Positions 1 to 12,294 of a stretch of DNA of 56,294 nucleotides are shown here, piece after piece; the first letter of the stretch is position 1; the number at the start of each line of letters is the position of its first letter. Source of the DNA: Octopus bimaculoides (Eukaryota); contig NC_068987.1 of NCBI RefSeq assembly GCF_001194135.2, positions 47,274,907 through 47,331,200 on the forward strand, read 5' to 3'. A program made the position numbers and the translations under genes. Under the pieces are notes generated by a model that saw only the letters and a list, made by a program, of their open reading frames with translations, was not told the DNA's origin and searched no databases.

Positions 1-775
1 GTAATCTTTTTATTATATTTATCTTATGATATTTACTTTACTTTATATTATACTCATTTATTGTGCTTTTAATTATTAATTTTTCTATATGTGATAGTGG
101 ATTTTCATCGATGAGTTCTTGAAAATTGGTTATTTTCCCTAAAACTATATATATTTTATATATACTTTATCTATAAGGCTCAATTTAATTTTTTATAAAT
201 TGATTTTAATTGAGTTTTTTACCTGTAATTTTGGATTTTGTCCCTAATAATATTATTATATATATATATATATATATTTATATATTTGTGTATATATATA
301 TTTATATATTTGTGTATATATATATATATATATATTTATATATTTGTATATGTATATATATTTGTCCAAAATCACAGTAGGAGTGAATGGTGAAAGGAGA
401 GGAGAGAAAATAGTAATTCGGGGAAGGAGAAGTAGTGAAACTAATAGGCATGACTGTGAGGGAGGGAGAGAAAGTAATAGCAATGAGAGAGGGCAAGTGG
501 CAAAGAGAGCGTCCTCTATCTTCTACTATAATAATCTACTATAATAATACTCTTGTGTATTTCTCCGTCACAACATATGAATGAGAAAGGAAGGGATGAT
601 CCACCGATGGAAGTGGGATGGTGAAAAGTCAACAGTGAAACAAAAATCAAACAGCACTTCAACTCTGAGTATGTTGTGTGCGTGTAAAAGGGAGGAATGA
701 GAATGTTTGTGTGTGTGTGTTTGTGTAAAATATATTTATATATATTTGAGTGAGTGTATGTGTCTGTGTATGTTG

Positions 776-994
776 GGGGAGACAAACACAGACATACAAA
801 CACATACACACATACATACATATATATATATACATATATACGACAGGCTTCTTTCAGTTTCCGTCTACCAAATCTACTCACAAGGCTTTGGTCGGCCCGA
901 GGCTATAGTAGAAGATACTTGCCCAAGATGCCACGCAGTGGGACTGAACCCGGGACCATGTGGTTGGTAAGCAAACTACTTACCACACAGCCAC
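776..994 (-). mobile_element. tRNA-derived SINE family A (octopus OR/CORE-type), 5' half
   Basis: The reverse complement gives an A-box TGGCTGTGTGG, a B-box-like GGTTCAGTCCC and a CORE-like TTGGGCAAG segment, followed by an internal TA/TG microsatellite. Confidence 0.85.
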
Positions 995-1994
995 TCCTTT
1001 TTTTTTTTTTCACTTTTTTTGTACTCCTCTTATACATAAAGTACTACAATTACCCGTCATTTTTGACGGCACGGGGTCAGCTAGTTATTTAATAAAGAGC
1101 TGGTGAGGGAGAGAAATAAACTGGAGGGGAAACTAGTTTTCTATCTAGAAGAAGCAAGTAGTAAAGGCCTTGTGACTGACGTCCTTAGCCGTGAGAATGA
1201 CCCACGACCATTTCTTCAATTTCTTCAATGAGAAACACAAAAACAAGAAGAAACAAAAGCTGTCTGATGTGACTGAGGTGTAACGTGGAAACAACCACAA
1301 TCGATCTGATCTTTGATGGACTGTGACAGGTGCATGTCAGTATTTGACCGGTACTTTATTTTATCGACCTTGAAAGGATGAGATTCAAATATGACTTCGG
1401 CAACATTTGAACTGAAAATAATAATAATGATTTCTTTATTTGCCACAAGGGTGAAAGATGAGGGGAATAATAATAATAATAATAATAATCTCCCGGACTA
1501 CCACCATCTCTATTACTACTCTTACAACCATTAATATCCACCTAAGTCTTTGTCTAAAACAATTTTAGTAATTGGAAACAAATCAAAACTGTCTGATCCG
1601 TTGGTGTAAAAATTTGTTTTCAGTTTCTGATCTTATCGCCATATCCGACAGCTATATCCTCCCACTTCTTTTCTGTACTCTTGCCTATACCCACCTCCAC
1701 TGTGTCTGTGTGTTTTTCCTTCCTCTACTGCCTCTGCTCGTTGCTCCACGTCACTATTTCATTCTCACTTCTCTCTCTTCAGATTTTTTTCTATTCTGTC
1801 ATCTCCTTTTCCTTAACTCACTCTTTCTCTTTCACTATCTATCCGTCTTTGTGATCTCGCTGCTTTCATTCTCTCTCTCTATCTCTCTCTGTGATCTCAC
1901 TTTCTTTCTTTCTTCCTCCCACTTTCTTTCTCTCCATATATATATTACACGTATTATATATATATATACGCGTTTTGGTCCATTTATTATTATT

Positions 1995-2031
<37 letters not shown>

Positions 2032-2033
<2 letters not shown>

Positions 2034-2382
2034 TTGTTGACTGTGGCCATGATGGAGCACCGCCTTAAAGGGTGTTAGTCGAAGAAATCTACCGCAGGAC
2101 TTATTCTTTGTAAGCCTAGTACTTATTCTGTCAGTCGCTTTTGCCGAACCGCTAGGTGACGGGGACATTAGCACACAAGCATCAGCTGTCAAGCGATGGC
2201 ATGGGGGTCAAACACACACACACACATACGCACACACACAAATATATATATATATATATACGACGGGCTTCTTCCAGTTTCCGTCTACCAAATACACTCA
2301 GAAGGCTTCAGTTGGTCCGAAGCTATAGTAGAAGACATTTGGTGGTTGGGGAAGCAAGCTTCTTACCTCACAGCCATGCCTG
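2032..2382 (-). mobile_element. SINE family A, near full length with internal deletion in the head; a further 3'-half copy follows at ~2395-2590
   Basis: Matches the other copies in the window (aataagtactaggcttacaaagaataagtcc; ccagcatggccgcagtcaaatgactgaaac motifs). Confidence 0.85.
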
Positions 2383-3591
2383 CACCTATGTATTCTTTTT
2401 TCTTTTACTTGTTTCAATCATTTGACTGTGGTTATGCTTTGTGGAACAAATTGATCCCAGTTCTTATTTCTTAAGTCTAGTACTTATTCTGTCGGTTTCT
2501 TTTTCTTAACCGCTAAGTTATGGGGACATAAACACCAACATCGGTTGTCAAACGGTGATGGGGGTACAGACAAAGACACAAATATATATATATGCATTAA
2601 ATATTACAAAACGTACATGTAGGACAGATACAAGGACCCAAATCTTTCCTCAGTTATCGACCAAAAATACTAATACCCTTTTTTGTGCCTTTAACAATAA
2701 GACTGGGAATTTCATATATCGACGGCGCCCACAAGATTTGCATAAAATTAAGGCTAAAGCGAACAAAACAATACAGGGTGGATGTACGAAAGTAAAGAAA
2801 TATAATTTGAAACGATAGACAATAAATAATGTCTTAATGATAGTTTAACGCCTGGAAGAAGTCCTCAAACAGATATAAAGAAGAAAAAGTTGACTAGCAT
2901 GCTAGATGTCCGGTGGCGAAAAGGCAGAGAAAATAAAAAATCAGTCATGGATCACGTGTGGGCAACAGATATAAGGGAAGGAGGATGAGAGAGAGAGAAG
3001 GAGAACGGGAATTCTACAATTAAGTGTGAGAAGACTAAAGAGAGGGAGAGAAGAAGTAGGGATGCTAGTAATAGAGAATTAACATATATATATATATATA
3101 TANNNNNNNNNNNNNNNNNNNNNNNNNNNNNNNNNNNNNNNNNNNNNNNNNNNNNNNNNNNNNNNNNNNNNNNNNNNNNNNNNNNNNNNNNNNNNNNNNN
3201 NNNNNNNNNNNNNNNNNNNNNNNNNNNNNNNNNNNNNNNNNNNNNNNNNNNNNNNNNNNNNNNNNNNNNNNNNNNNNNNNNNNNNNNNNNNNNNNNNNNN
3301 NNNNNNNNNNNNNNNNNNNNNNTAACTCACAAAAACAAGAAGAAAAAAACAATGAAAACTAACCATTCCGAAGTTAATCGTAGACGCGTTTCTGGATTAT
3401 GAGTGATAAATACGGTATGTGGTGAAGCAAATATTTGCTGATCCCTTAATTATGTTTATAAATGTATATGAACTTTTAAATAAGTTCTCCACCGATAATG
3501 GTGCTTACATACCGAAGGGCTTGGTAAAAATTATTAATTGTTGATTTATTAATAAATTAATAAATTGATAAACCTTTACCCTTTTAATTTG

Positions 3592-3629
<38 letters not shown>

Positions 3630-3630
<1 letters not shown>

Positions 3631-4260
3631 TAGCAGAGATACCTGGTATTGCTCGGAATTAAAACTGCATAGTTTGTATATATATATATTACTGTTATTT
3701 GAAACAGGTGATGCAGGAAAGTGCAGCATTGATGACAAAATATTTGTGGAGTAAATTTTAAAGCTTTGCATAAACAACAATTTGAGTTTAGCACACCAAT
3801 TTGGACAGAATTATCATTTTTATAATAATGGGATGGATCATATCTGAAAGCAGCTCCAGGTGTTGTGAAGAATGAAGTTGTACGTTGTCTGTTCCTGAGA
3901 GCTATTCCATTGGATCTCTGTGTAATCTGGCATGCTAAACATTGTTTTAATGATTCAGCATTAAGTACTGCATCATGCCTTTGCTGATCTTGAGAAAGTC
4001 TCATTTCCCTTCTGTCTTGAGATTCCATTTGATGTGCTGCAGCATGCCTTTGTTGATCTTGAGAAAGTCTCCTCTCCCTTCTCTCTTGAGACTGTATTTG
4101 ATGTGTTGCAGCATGCATTTGGTGATCTTTGGAAAGTGTCATGTCCCTTCTGTATTGAGACTCCATCTTACATGCTGCAGTATGCCTTTGTTGATCTTGA
4201 GAAAGTTTCATGTCCCTTATCTCTTGAGACTTTCGTCTTCAGTTTTCTGCACTCTTCCTT
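3630..4260 (-). mobile_element. Helitron deletion derivative: Rep N-terminal fragment joined to the Helitron 3' end
   Basis: The protein motif AAFRYDPSHYYKNDNSVQIGVLNSNCCLCKALKF matches the Helitron RepHel N-terminal region (AFxYDP...IGxMxxxCxxCxALKF). A degenerate hairpin CCGAGCAATACCAGG (3642-3656) and terminal CTAG (3630-3633) are followed by T in a (TA)n tract. Confidence 0.75.
3974..4230. repeat. 69-bp tandem repeat, ~3.7 units (23-aa repeat LSQDQQRHAAAHQMESQDRREMR on the minus strand)
   Basis: Units begin at 3974, 4043, 4112 and 4181 (catgcctttgttgatcttgagaaagt...). Confidence 0.9.
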
Positions 4261-4272
4261 GGTTTATATGTG

Positions 4273-4680
4273 GAGCGATTTCAAGATGTTATTGTGTTGA
4301 ATATTCCAAATTGGTATAGCAATCCATTTGAGGTTGATGCAGTCAATTGCGAGGATGATGTTCAGTAGGAATTGATAGAATTACAAAATGACAATGACAC
4401 CACAATGCGATATTGCTGTAATGGCAAAGAAGGTTTGTGGTACCGTCAAAGTTTTTTGAATTCCTACCCCAGTCTGTGGAAACATCTGAAATTACTTTTG
4501 CTTGCCTTCCCTACCTTATACCTGGTTGAAATTAGTTTTAACTATGTTGGAACCTTACTTTCCCATAAAAGAATTGGACTGGATGTGACACAACAAGGAG
4601 TCTTATGGCTAAAGTTGACAAGTTTGAAATCGAATGTATCTGCACTAGCTGCATCGCACCAGACACATGGTTCTCATTAA
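4273..4680 (+). pseudogene. hAT (Buster/Charlie, FAM200/ZBED8-like) transposase C-terminal fragment
   Basis: Reads RFQDVIVLNIPNWYSNPFEV...VQ*ELIELQND...LLLAFPTLYLVE...RLDVT-like...HQTHGSH*. This is the typical C-terminus of Buster-type transposases, with an in-frame TAG. Confidence 0.85.
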
Positions 4681-5440
4681 AAAGTTTCATTCTTTTCCTT
4701 TATAATACAATCATTAATTATTTTTGCATCGGTAGTTCTGATCAATGGTTCATTGGGGAAAATGAAAATCAGTGTAACAGAAAGCGCAAGTTTCCAGAAG
4801 TTACTCTGTCTGAAAAATAGAGTTAACATTAGAATTTTATTCACACTAATGGCAAAACTAAACCCACAATAAGGGATTTGTAAACAACCGCATATTTAGT
4901 ACTATTTGTTTGTTAGTAGCCTTTTCGATTTTCTTTTCTTTAATTATCATGGATTTAAAGATAATAATTCTTTTTGGGGTTCATTCTATTAGTTTGTTTG
5001 GGAGGGTAGCCTTGGCATTGAAACCCTCCCTTGCAAACATATTTTTGTGTTGCAATAACACACCTGGTTCAACACACAATTTGTCTCTCTTTATACCTGC
5101 TGCAGCGGCATAATTAATCTTTTTTTGGTTTTCACTTTGGTTTGCATCTTTTACGGAAGGATTATTCATTTTATCATTCACAGATACCGAGGAATTCATT
5201 GTTTTTTCGATAGTTTTTTTCATTTGAAGATATGTCTTCAATGTTCATTTTTCCAAAAAACAGAATTTTTTTTTAAACAATACACAAATAATTATTCCCC
5301 ACCCCCTCATGGAGGAGGAACAACAGTTCTCTGTGTCTGTCAAAAACAGAGCATAGATATCAACAGTTCAACAACAGTAATAATAAATTACTAACCGAAT
5401 AGTGCAAACTTAACCAATATCAATAATAATGACAGCAACC

Positions 5441-6021
5441 TTCATATTTGAGATGTAGAATTATTTTTTATTTTAATGAAGGATATACATAGATAAAGAC
5501 AATACAATGAAATCGAATGATTTGACATTTAATACGCAGATGGAGTCATTTAAAAAATTTACTGAATTTATAATGACAGCGAATGTTAGGACATAAACAA
5601 AAGACATTATGGAGGGAGTGGGGGTGGGTTTAATATGGATCCCACGGACCCCCGCCTCACCACTGACTTGGGTTATAACTTATGTCGCATTCACGAAGGA
5701 CCTTTCATACACAACATTCGTGTGACATTCTTCCATCTGTTATCAAACACTTCCTTAGTCAGGCATCTCCTCTCCAGCCCTATTTGTCTTTTAAGGTGAA
5801 AGATGAAAAAATTAAACCAAATTAGGGCCAGAGATGAAGATGCCTGACCTTAACCCTCTCATGCTTGACTTCCATATCATCTGTCTTGCAATTGCTACTA
5901 CAGAGAGAAAACAATTCTTACCTTCTTTTGTTAAGAAATCTGGCAGGTTAATTTTTACTATAGATTCAGTCAACAGCTGTACTCTTCCTCTACTTGACAG
6001 CAGTTGTTCAGTGTAAACCCA
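5441..6021 (-). mobile_element. Inverted second copy of the same Tx1 LINE 3' end (matches 6175-6754)
   Basis: The reverse complement aligns over ~580 bp at roughly 90% identity by eye. Confidence 0.9.
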
Positions 6022-6754
6022 CCCTTGGCGTAGCAGTGTTACTGTGGTGCCTTACCTTTTCGGGACAAACTCTTAAGACATGGATGAATAAACACTCTGA
6101 TCTGCCCAAGATGTGGGCGGGACAGGGAAACCATTCTGCACGCTATTGTTCAGTGTCCGGAAGTGTCAGATGTATGGGTTTATGCCGAACAACTGTTGTC
6201 AAGTGGAGGAAGAGTACAGCTGTTGACTGAATCTATAGTAAAAATTAACTCGCCGGATTTCTTAATGAAAGAAGGTAAAAATTGTTTTCTCTCTGTAGTA
6301 GCAACCATGAGAGAGGTGATATGGAAGACAAGACTGCGAGGGTTAAGGTCAGGCATCTTCATCTCTGGCCCTAATTTGGTGAATTTTTTCATCTTTCACC
6401 TTAAAAGACAAATGGGGCTGGAGAGAAAATGCTTGATTAAGGAAGTGCTTGATAACAGATGGAAGAATGTCGCACGAATGTTGTGTATGAAAGGTCCTTC
6501 GTGAATGCGGCATAGGTTATAACCCAGGTCAGTGGTGTGGCGGGGTTTGTGGGGTCCGTATTAAACCTGCCCACACTCCATCCGTAATATCTTTGGTTTA
6601 TGTCCTAACATTCACTATCACTATAAATTCAGTAAATTTTTTAAATGACCCCACCTGCATATTAAATGTCAAATCATTCAATTTCATTGTAATGTCTTTA
6701 TCTATGTATATCCTTCATTAAAATAAAAAATAGTTCTATATCTCAAATATGGAA
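6022..6754 (+). mobile_element. 5'-truncated Tx1/L1-clade LINE 3' end (ORF2 zinc knuckle, C-terminus, 3'UTR, A-rich tail)
   Basis: Reads LA*QCYCGALPFRDKLLRHG*...CPRCGRDRETILHAIVQCPEVSDVW (CCHC, zf-RVT-like), then EVIWKTRLRGLRSG...LERKCL...RW. Stop at 6504 and A-rich tail at ~6719-6732. Confidence 0.8.
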
Positions 6755-7002
6755 TGCAGGATAAGGTACTGTTTACACAATATTGTCATGGATTACCAAG
6801 ATGAATTTACCAAGGGTATATATATATATATATATACAATCTATCTGCATAAATCAAAACCAGTCATGGATTACTGAGATGAACTTACCAAGGATATATA
6901 TACAGACTGTAAGTTTTACCAAAGTCTACCTGCATAACTCTAAACCAGTGGATTTTAATATATTTTTCAAAAATTGTTTCTCATATATTTTTCTAATTTT
7001 AA

Positions 7003-7170
7003 AACTGACAGCTAATGCTGGTGTGTTTACGTCCAAATAACTTAGCGGTTCTGCAAAAGAGACAGAGAGAATAAGTACTGGGCTTACAAAAATAAGTCGT
7101 GGGGTCGATTTGTCCAACTGAATGCAGTGCGTCAGCATGACCACAGTTAAATGACTGAAACCAGGAAAAG
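7003..7170 (+). mobile_element. SINE family A, 3' half
   Basis: gctggtgtgtttacgtcc...aataagtactgggcttacaaaaataagtc...aaatgactgaaac. Confidence 0.8.
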
Positions 7171-7179
7171 AATACAAGA

Positions 7180-7400
7180 ATATAAATATGTCGTTTTGGG
7201 ATTTTGTTTGCAAGATTCTTTATGGGAGTTCGTGTGTTGAAGCATATTTTGTTGTGTCTGGTGAGAGTCATTGTGTTTTAGTGCCTTGTTATTTAACACA
7301 CTCACTGGTAAAGTTTCCACTCATTTACTTATTTATTTTTCCTAAAATTTTTGTTGTTTTGCGACCTTTCCAAAGTCATTGACTCTGTCCATTATCCGAG
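7180..7400 (+). mobile_element. Repeat fragment homologous to 51555-51770; probably a PLE terminal region
   Basis: Shares ttaacacactcac(c/t)ggtaaa...tttccact and gcaagatt...gtgtgttgaagca...gagagtcatt with the 51.6-kb copy. The PLE assignment is an inference. Confidence 0.5.
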
Positions 7401-7429
7401 TTGCGTTCTGTTTGTTTGTTTTCCTGCAT

Positions 7430-7960
7430 GTGTGTGGGTCAGTGTATGTGCGCACACACACATGTATGTATGTATGTATGTATGCATGTAAGTGTGTGTA
7501 TGCATATATATATGTGTGTGGTTGTGTGTGTGTGCATATGTATATATGTGTGTACGTTTGTATGTATGTATTCTGAATATTCATGTGTTTGTGTGTGTTC
7601 GTGTTTCTGTGCTTTTATGTGTGTGTGTACCTCAGTCTTCTTGTATGTGCATGTCTGAGTGTGTGTGTGTGTGTATGGGTTTTTGTGACAATGTACTGTG
7701 GCTCTATGTATGGATGTGTATCTCCATATGTATGGATGCGTGTCTCTATATGTGTCCTTTTGTGATGTGAAGTGTGTGTGTATATGGTCATGTGTTTCAG
7801 TTTTCATTCACGTATATGTGTGTGTGTGTATGTGTGCTTGTCTGTTCATACTACCTATGTGCCTAACTGTCTGTATGCCTGTCTGTTTACATTTATATCC
7901 ATTTGTCTATATACATTTGCATATACATATACGTATACACACACACACACACACATATAC
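7430..7960. repeat. Compound (TG)n/(TATG)n/(TA)n low-complexity tract
   Basis: Directly visible. Confidence 0.95.
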
Positions 7961-8029
7961 ATCTACATAACTGCCCACTAACAATTCTACCTGTGTATAA
8001 ATATGAACTGTGGGTATGGAGCTATGATT

Positions 8030-9005
8030 ACCTATACATATATTTCGAATTTAGTACTGGGGATGTTTCATTTATGAGGACATACTCTTGTATTTGTCTG
8101 AGGGTTGGGACCTTCGGGTGCTTGGATAAAATGCTGATGTCAAGTTGACCCAGGTTGCCTCCATGTTCATCCTTGGCATATTGCTAGAGTATGGAGGACT
8201 ATTTTTTGTCATCATATTGTCTTAAATGTTCATTTAGTCTTTCCGTAATGCTCCAAAATGTCTCCCCTCTGTATGTCATGTTCATGTCTTTACAAGTTCC
8301 TTCTATGCATCTTATGCTATAGACTACATTTCTAGTTCGACAGTTAATGCCAGGGTTAATCCTACATGCCATGCAGTTATCATTGATGTATATTGTATTC
8401 TCAAAGGGGTATGTCCTACATAGTTGTAATCTGATGGAGTTCCCTGGCTTTTCAACAATCTTAATCTTGTGTTTGGTCTCCTTAACAGCTTTCCTAAATC
8501 TACGGGCTAGTCCTCCATGGGCTGTGGCCTCAACAAACATCACTCCTTGATATTTGTCAGTTTTATACCATGTGTCCACTCTGTTTTGCTTTGTCACAAG
8601 CTCTTTGCATTCTATCCCAGTCTCTGCTTCTATATATAGGGCAGGTACCACTGGTTTCATTTCATATAATGTTATCTAACTTCTTTCAAGCACCCCTGTA
8701 TACCCGAACTCTATCTTTCTGATCATATCTAGAGAACTGCATGCGATGCATGAAGTTCTATACATGTTTCTTCATTTCTTAGAGTTTGCTTAGTGGGGAC
8801 ACGTTCATTATTCTAATTAAAATCTGCTATCAGTATGTTAATTTTTCATGTCGTGTGACAAAGCTGAGTTCTTGTGAACAACATATTTTGAAGCTTTCAT
8901 GTAATAGGAGTGGAGTCTCTAACCAAAGTTCAGTATCAAGGATGGGAAGTCTATTCTTGGGATGCTTAGTGGGGGTAATCAATAGTTATCTTGATACTTT
9001 GGTGG
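8030..9005 (-). mobile_element. Penelope-like element ORF remnant: RT C-terminus, Zn-finger linker and GIY-YIG endonuclease
   Basis: Reads ANSIHQSIKITIDYP..KNRLPILDTELW; FMHRMQFSRY; DTWYKTDKYQGVMFVEAT; CMACR...NCRTRNVVYSIRC...YRGETFWSITERLNEH; RQIQEYVLI...PVLNSK. It has several stops and frameshifts. Confidence 0.85.
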
Positions 9006-9114
9006 ATGGAGTTAGCTACTCACTAGATGCTTGATATATATATTTATATTTATGTATATATATATATAATAATAATAATAATAATATAAATGATATATAA
9101 GTATATATGTATAC

Positions 9115-9151
<37 letters not shown>

Positions 9152-9842
9152 TTTGTATATACATGCGTATATGGGCACAGGACACCACGGAATGTAAATA
9201 GCATAAAATAAACATAAAATACAAAAACAACATGAAATACGAAGTATAGCATGGAATACAAACTTTTTTGCGAACAACAAAAGAAACAAATGGAAAACAA
9301 GACAAGCAACATGAAAAAACGACCCTTCATTAGTTGTTGGCTGTTTTTCTACTTCGTATTTCGAGCATTTCACAACAAGATACGTATCCGACATAACAGT
9401 TGCTCCTGCAAAGCAAATTAAATAAAATGTGGGATTTTGTGGAAGGTCAAAGCTGGTAACAAAAACAAGACCGTGAAAACAGACAGGCAGGGTTGCTAAG
9501 CCTAGACGAGTTTAGTTGGTGAACACGGAGAGACAAGCTCTGACAGGAGACAGACAAGAATGCGTCCAATCCCCTGTGACTGATCAGAGAGAAAGAAGGA
9601 AATTCAAGTTAAGAGAAGAAAGATGGCCGACGGTCACGTGCGAGCCATGACAGAGCAAAGGAAGAGGAGTGAGGGAGAGACAGAGAGACAGACAGAGAAC
9701 GGCTAATGGGAGAGGAAAACGAAAGGGAGAGAAGAGGAGGTAAAGAGAATATAAAAAGGAAGAGAGAGGAAATGAAAGAGGGGAGGAAAAAGGACAGAAA
9801 GAGATAGGAAGAGACAGGAAATGAAACTCCAACAGCATATTT

Positions 9843-9875
<33 letters not shown>

Positions 9876-10203
9876 CATACATATATATATACATGCATAT
9901 ATACATACACACACATACACGTATATATGTATATATACATATATATAAATATATGTACATACATATATGTCTATATATACATTCCTACATTCATATATGT
10001 CTATATATATTCCTACATATGTATATACATGCATATATGTGTGTGTGTATGTATATGTATATATATAGTTAATCCCAAAAGACAATGAAAAACACAACAA
10101 CAACAATGCAAAGACGTGGTACATGCAAACTATTCAAAGATGCTTAGGGAAGGGAAGATGGTGTTGTTTTACGTTTTGAGGAAAGCTCTTTATATATACA
10201 TTT

Positions 10204-10242
<39 letters not shown>

Positions 10243-10376
10243 NNNNNNNNNNNNNNNNNNNNNNNNNNNNNNNNNNNNNNNNNNNNNNNNNNNNNNNNNN
10301 NNNNNNNNNNNNNNNNNNNNNNNNNNNNNNNNNNNNNNNNNNAGACGGCGTTTTTAGATTTCATTATTCTCTTTAA

Positions 10377-10392
10377 CCCGGGCAACGCCGGC
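10377..10392 (+). mobile_element. Helitron 3' subterminal hairpin remnant
   Basis: CCCGGGCAACGCCGGC is the less-decayed version of the hairpin at 3642-3656. The terminal CTAG is absent. Confidence 0.45.
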
Positions 10393-10534
10393 ACACATAT
10401 ACTATATATAACATATATATATTATATAAAATATATATATATGTTATATATATTATATATATTTATGTTATTTATATATATATTATATATATATATATGT
10501 TATGTAAATATATTATATATATCTGTTATATATC

Positions 10535-12285
10535 TCGCCAGAAAAAGGGAAAGCCGGCTGCTTATAAATGCCAAAACCTTCCCAGGCGAAGAATGTACCC
10601 CACAACATAGACTAGTAGTTAGTGACTTCAGGATCAGGGCTAAGTGGCTGCCCAGAAGACAACCAGCATGGAGGAGAAGGGTCTGGAAGCTCAAAGATCC
10701 TGCGAATGGACAGAGATTTAGAGACTTATTACTCGAAGCCTTTGACGAAATAGAGGGGGATGTAGATTCACACAATGTAGAAGACAACTGGACGTTTCTA
10801 CGGAACAACCTGCTGAAGGCCACTGACCAGATCTGTGGATGGTGCAAAGTCCCCTCTAGACCCAAAATAACGTGGTGGTGGAACAATGTTGTCGACAGGG
10901 CTATTAGACAAAAGAAACAGGCTTGGAAGGACTGGAAGAACGGTGGTAGTAGGGAATTGTATCAGACTGCCAGAAGGGAAGTTAGGCGACAGGTTTATTT
11001 AGCCAGAGGGAAGCAGATAAGAAACAATTTGCCAATGTTCTGCACCGTGAGGATGAAAGACTTGAGGTATTTTGTGTTGCAAGACAGTGTGTGAGAGAGA
11101 ATCGTGATGTCGTCGGAGAGAAATGTGTTCACATGGATGATGGTACGCTTGCACTAAACGAGGCTGCAAAGAGAGAGGTTNNNNNNNNNNNNNNNNNNNN
11201 NNNNNNNNNNNNNNNNNNNNNNNNNNNNNNNNNNNNNNNNNNNNNNNNNNNNNNNNNNNNNNNNNNNNNNNNNNNNNNNNNNNNNNNNNNNNNNNNNNNN
11301 NNNNNNNNNNNNNNNNNNNNNNNNNNNNNNNNNNNNNNNNNNNNNNNNNNNNNNNNNNNNNNNNNNNNNNNNNNNNNNNNNNNNNNNNNNNNNNNNNNNN
11401 NNNNNNNNNNNNNNNNNNNNNNNNNNNNNNNNNNNNNNNNNNNNNNNNNNNNNNNNNNNNNNNNNNNNNNNNNNNNNNNNNNNNNNNNNNNNNNNNNNNN
11501 NNNNNNNNNNNNNNNNNNNNNNNNNNNNNNNNNNNNNNNNNNNNNNNNNNNNNNNNNNNNNNNNNNNNNNNNNNNNNNNNNNNNNNNNNNNNNNNNNNNN
11601 NNNNNNNNNNNNNNNNNNNNNNNNNNNNNNNNNNNNNNNNNNNNNNNNNNNNNNNNNNNNNNNNNNNNNNNNNNNNNNNNNNNNNNNNNNNNNNNNNNNN
11701 NNNNNNNNNNNNNNNNNNNNNNNNNNNNNNNNNNNNNNNNNNNNNNNNNNNNNNNNNNNNNNNNNNNNNNNNNNNNNNNNNNNNNNNNNNNNNNNNNNNN
11801 NNNNNNNNNNNNNNNNNNNNNNNNNNNNNNNNNNNNNNNNNNNNNNNNNNNNNNNNNNNNNNNNNNNNNNNNNNNNNNNNNNNNNNNNNNNNNNNNNNNN
11901 NNNNNNNNNNNNNNNNNNNNNNNNNNNNNNNNNNNNNNNNNNNNNNNNNNNNNNNNNNNNNNNNNNNNNNNNNNNNNNNNNNNNNNNNNNNNNNNNNNNN
12001 NNNNNNNNNNNNNNNNNNNNNNNNNNNNNNNNNNNNNNNNNNNNNNNNNNNNNNNNNNNNNNNNNNNNNNNNNNNNNNNNNNNNNNNNNNNNNNNNNNNN
12101 NNNNNNNNNNNNNNNNNNNNNNNNNNNNNNNNNNNNNNNNNNNNNNNNNNNNNNNNNNATTAGAGCGTGGCTGTTGCCAGTACCACCTGACTGGCCCTCG
12201 TACTGGTGGCATGTAAAAGCACCCACTACACTCTCAGAGTGGTTGGCATTAGGAAGGGCATCCAGCTGTAGAAACTCTGCCACAT
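10535..12285 (+). mobile_element. RTE-clade LINE fragment spanning a gap (endonuclease end and linker; 3' tail after the gap)
   Basis: Reads KTFPGEECTPQHRLVVSDFRI...VWKLKD...KITWWWNNVVDRAIRQKKQAWKDWK, with a frameshift near 11010. The tail motif ggaagggcatccagctgtagaaac is at ~12255. Confidence 0.85.
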
Positions 12286-12294
12286 CATTTAAAA

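Noticed and set aside
1054-1085. Hairpin CCGTCA-tttt-TGACGG followed by CTAG|T as a mini-Helitron end
   Set aside because: No A|TC 5' end or second copy could be found; too short to support.
3375-3400. Minus-strand GAAACGCGTC, the 3' half of a hammerhead
   Set aside because: No CTGANGA or helix II partner upstream.
3974-4230. Regularly spaced repeats as a CRISPR-like array
   Set aside because: They are contiguous 69-bp tandem units without unique spacers, in a eukaryotic Helitron ORF.
4981-5241. 86-aa minus-strand ORF, possibly a LINE ORF1 remnant
   Set aside because: No diagnostic motif could be recognised with confidence; it needs a tBLASTn against repeat libraries.
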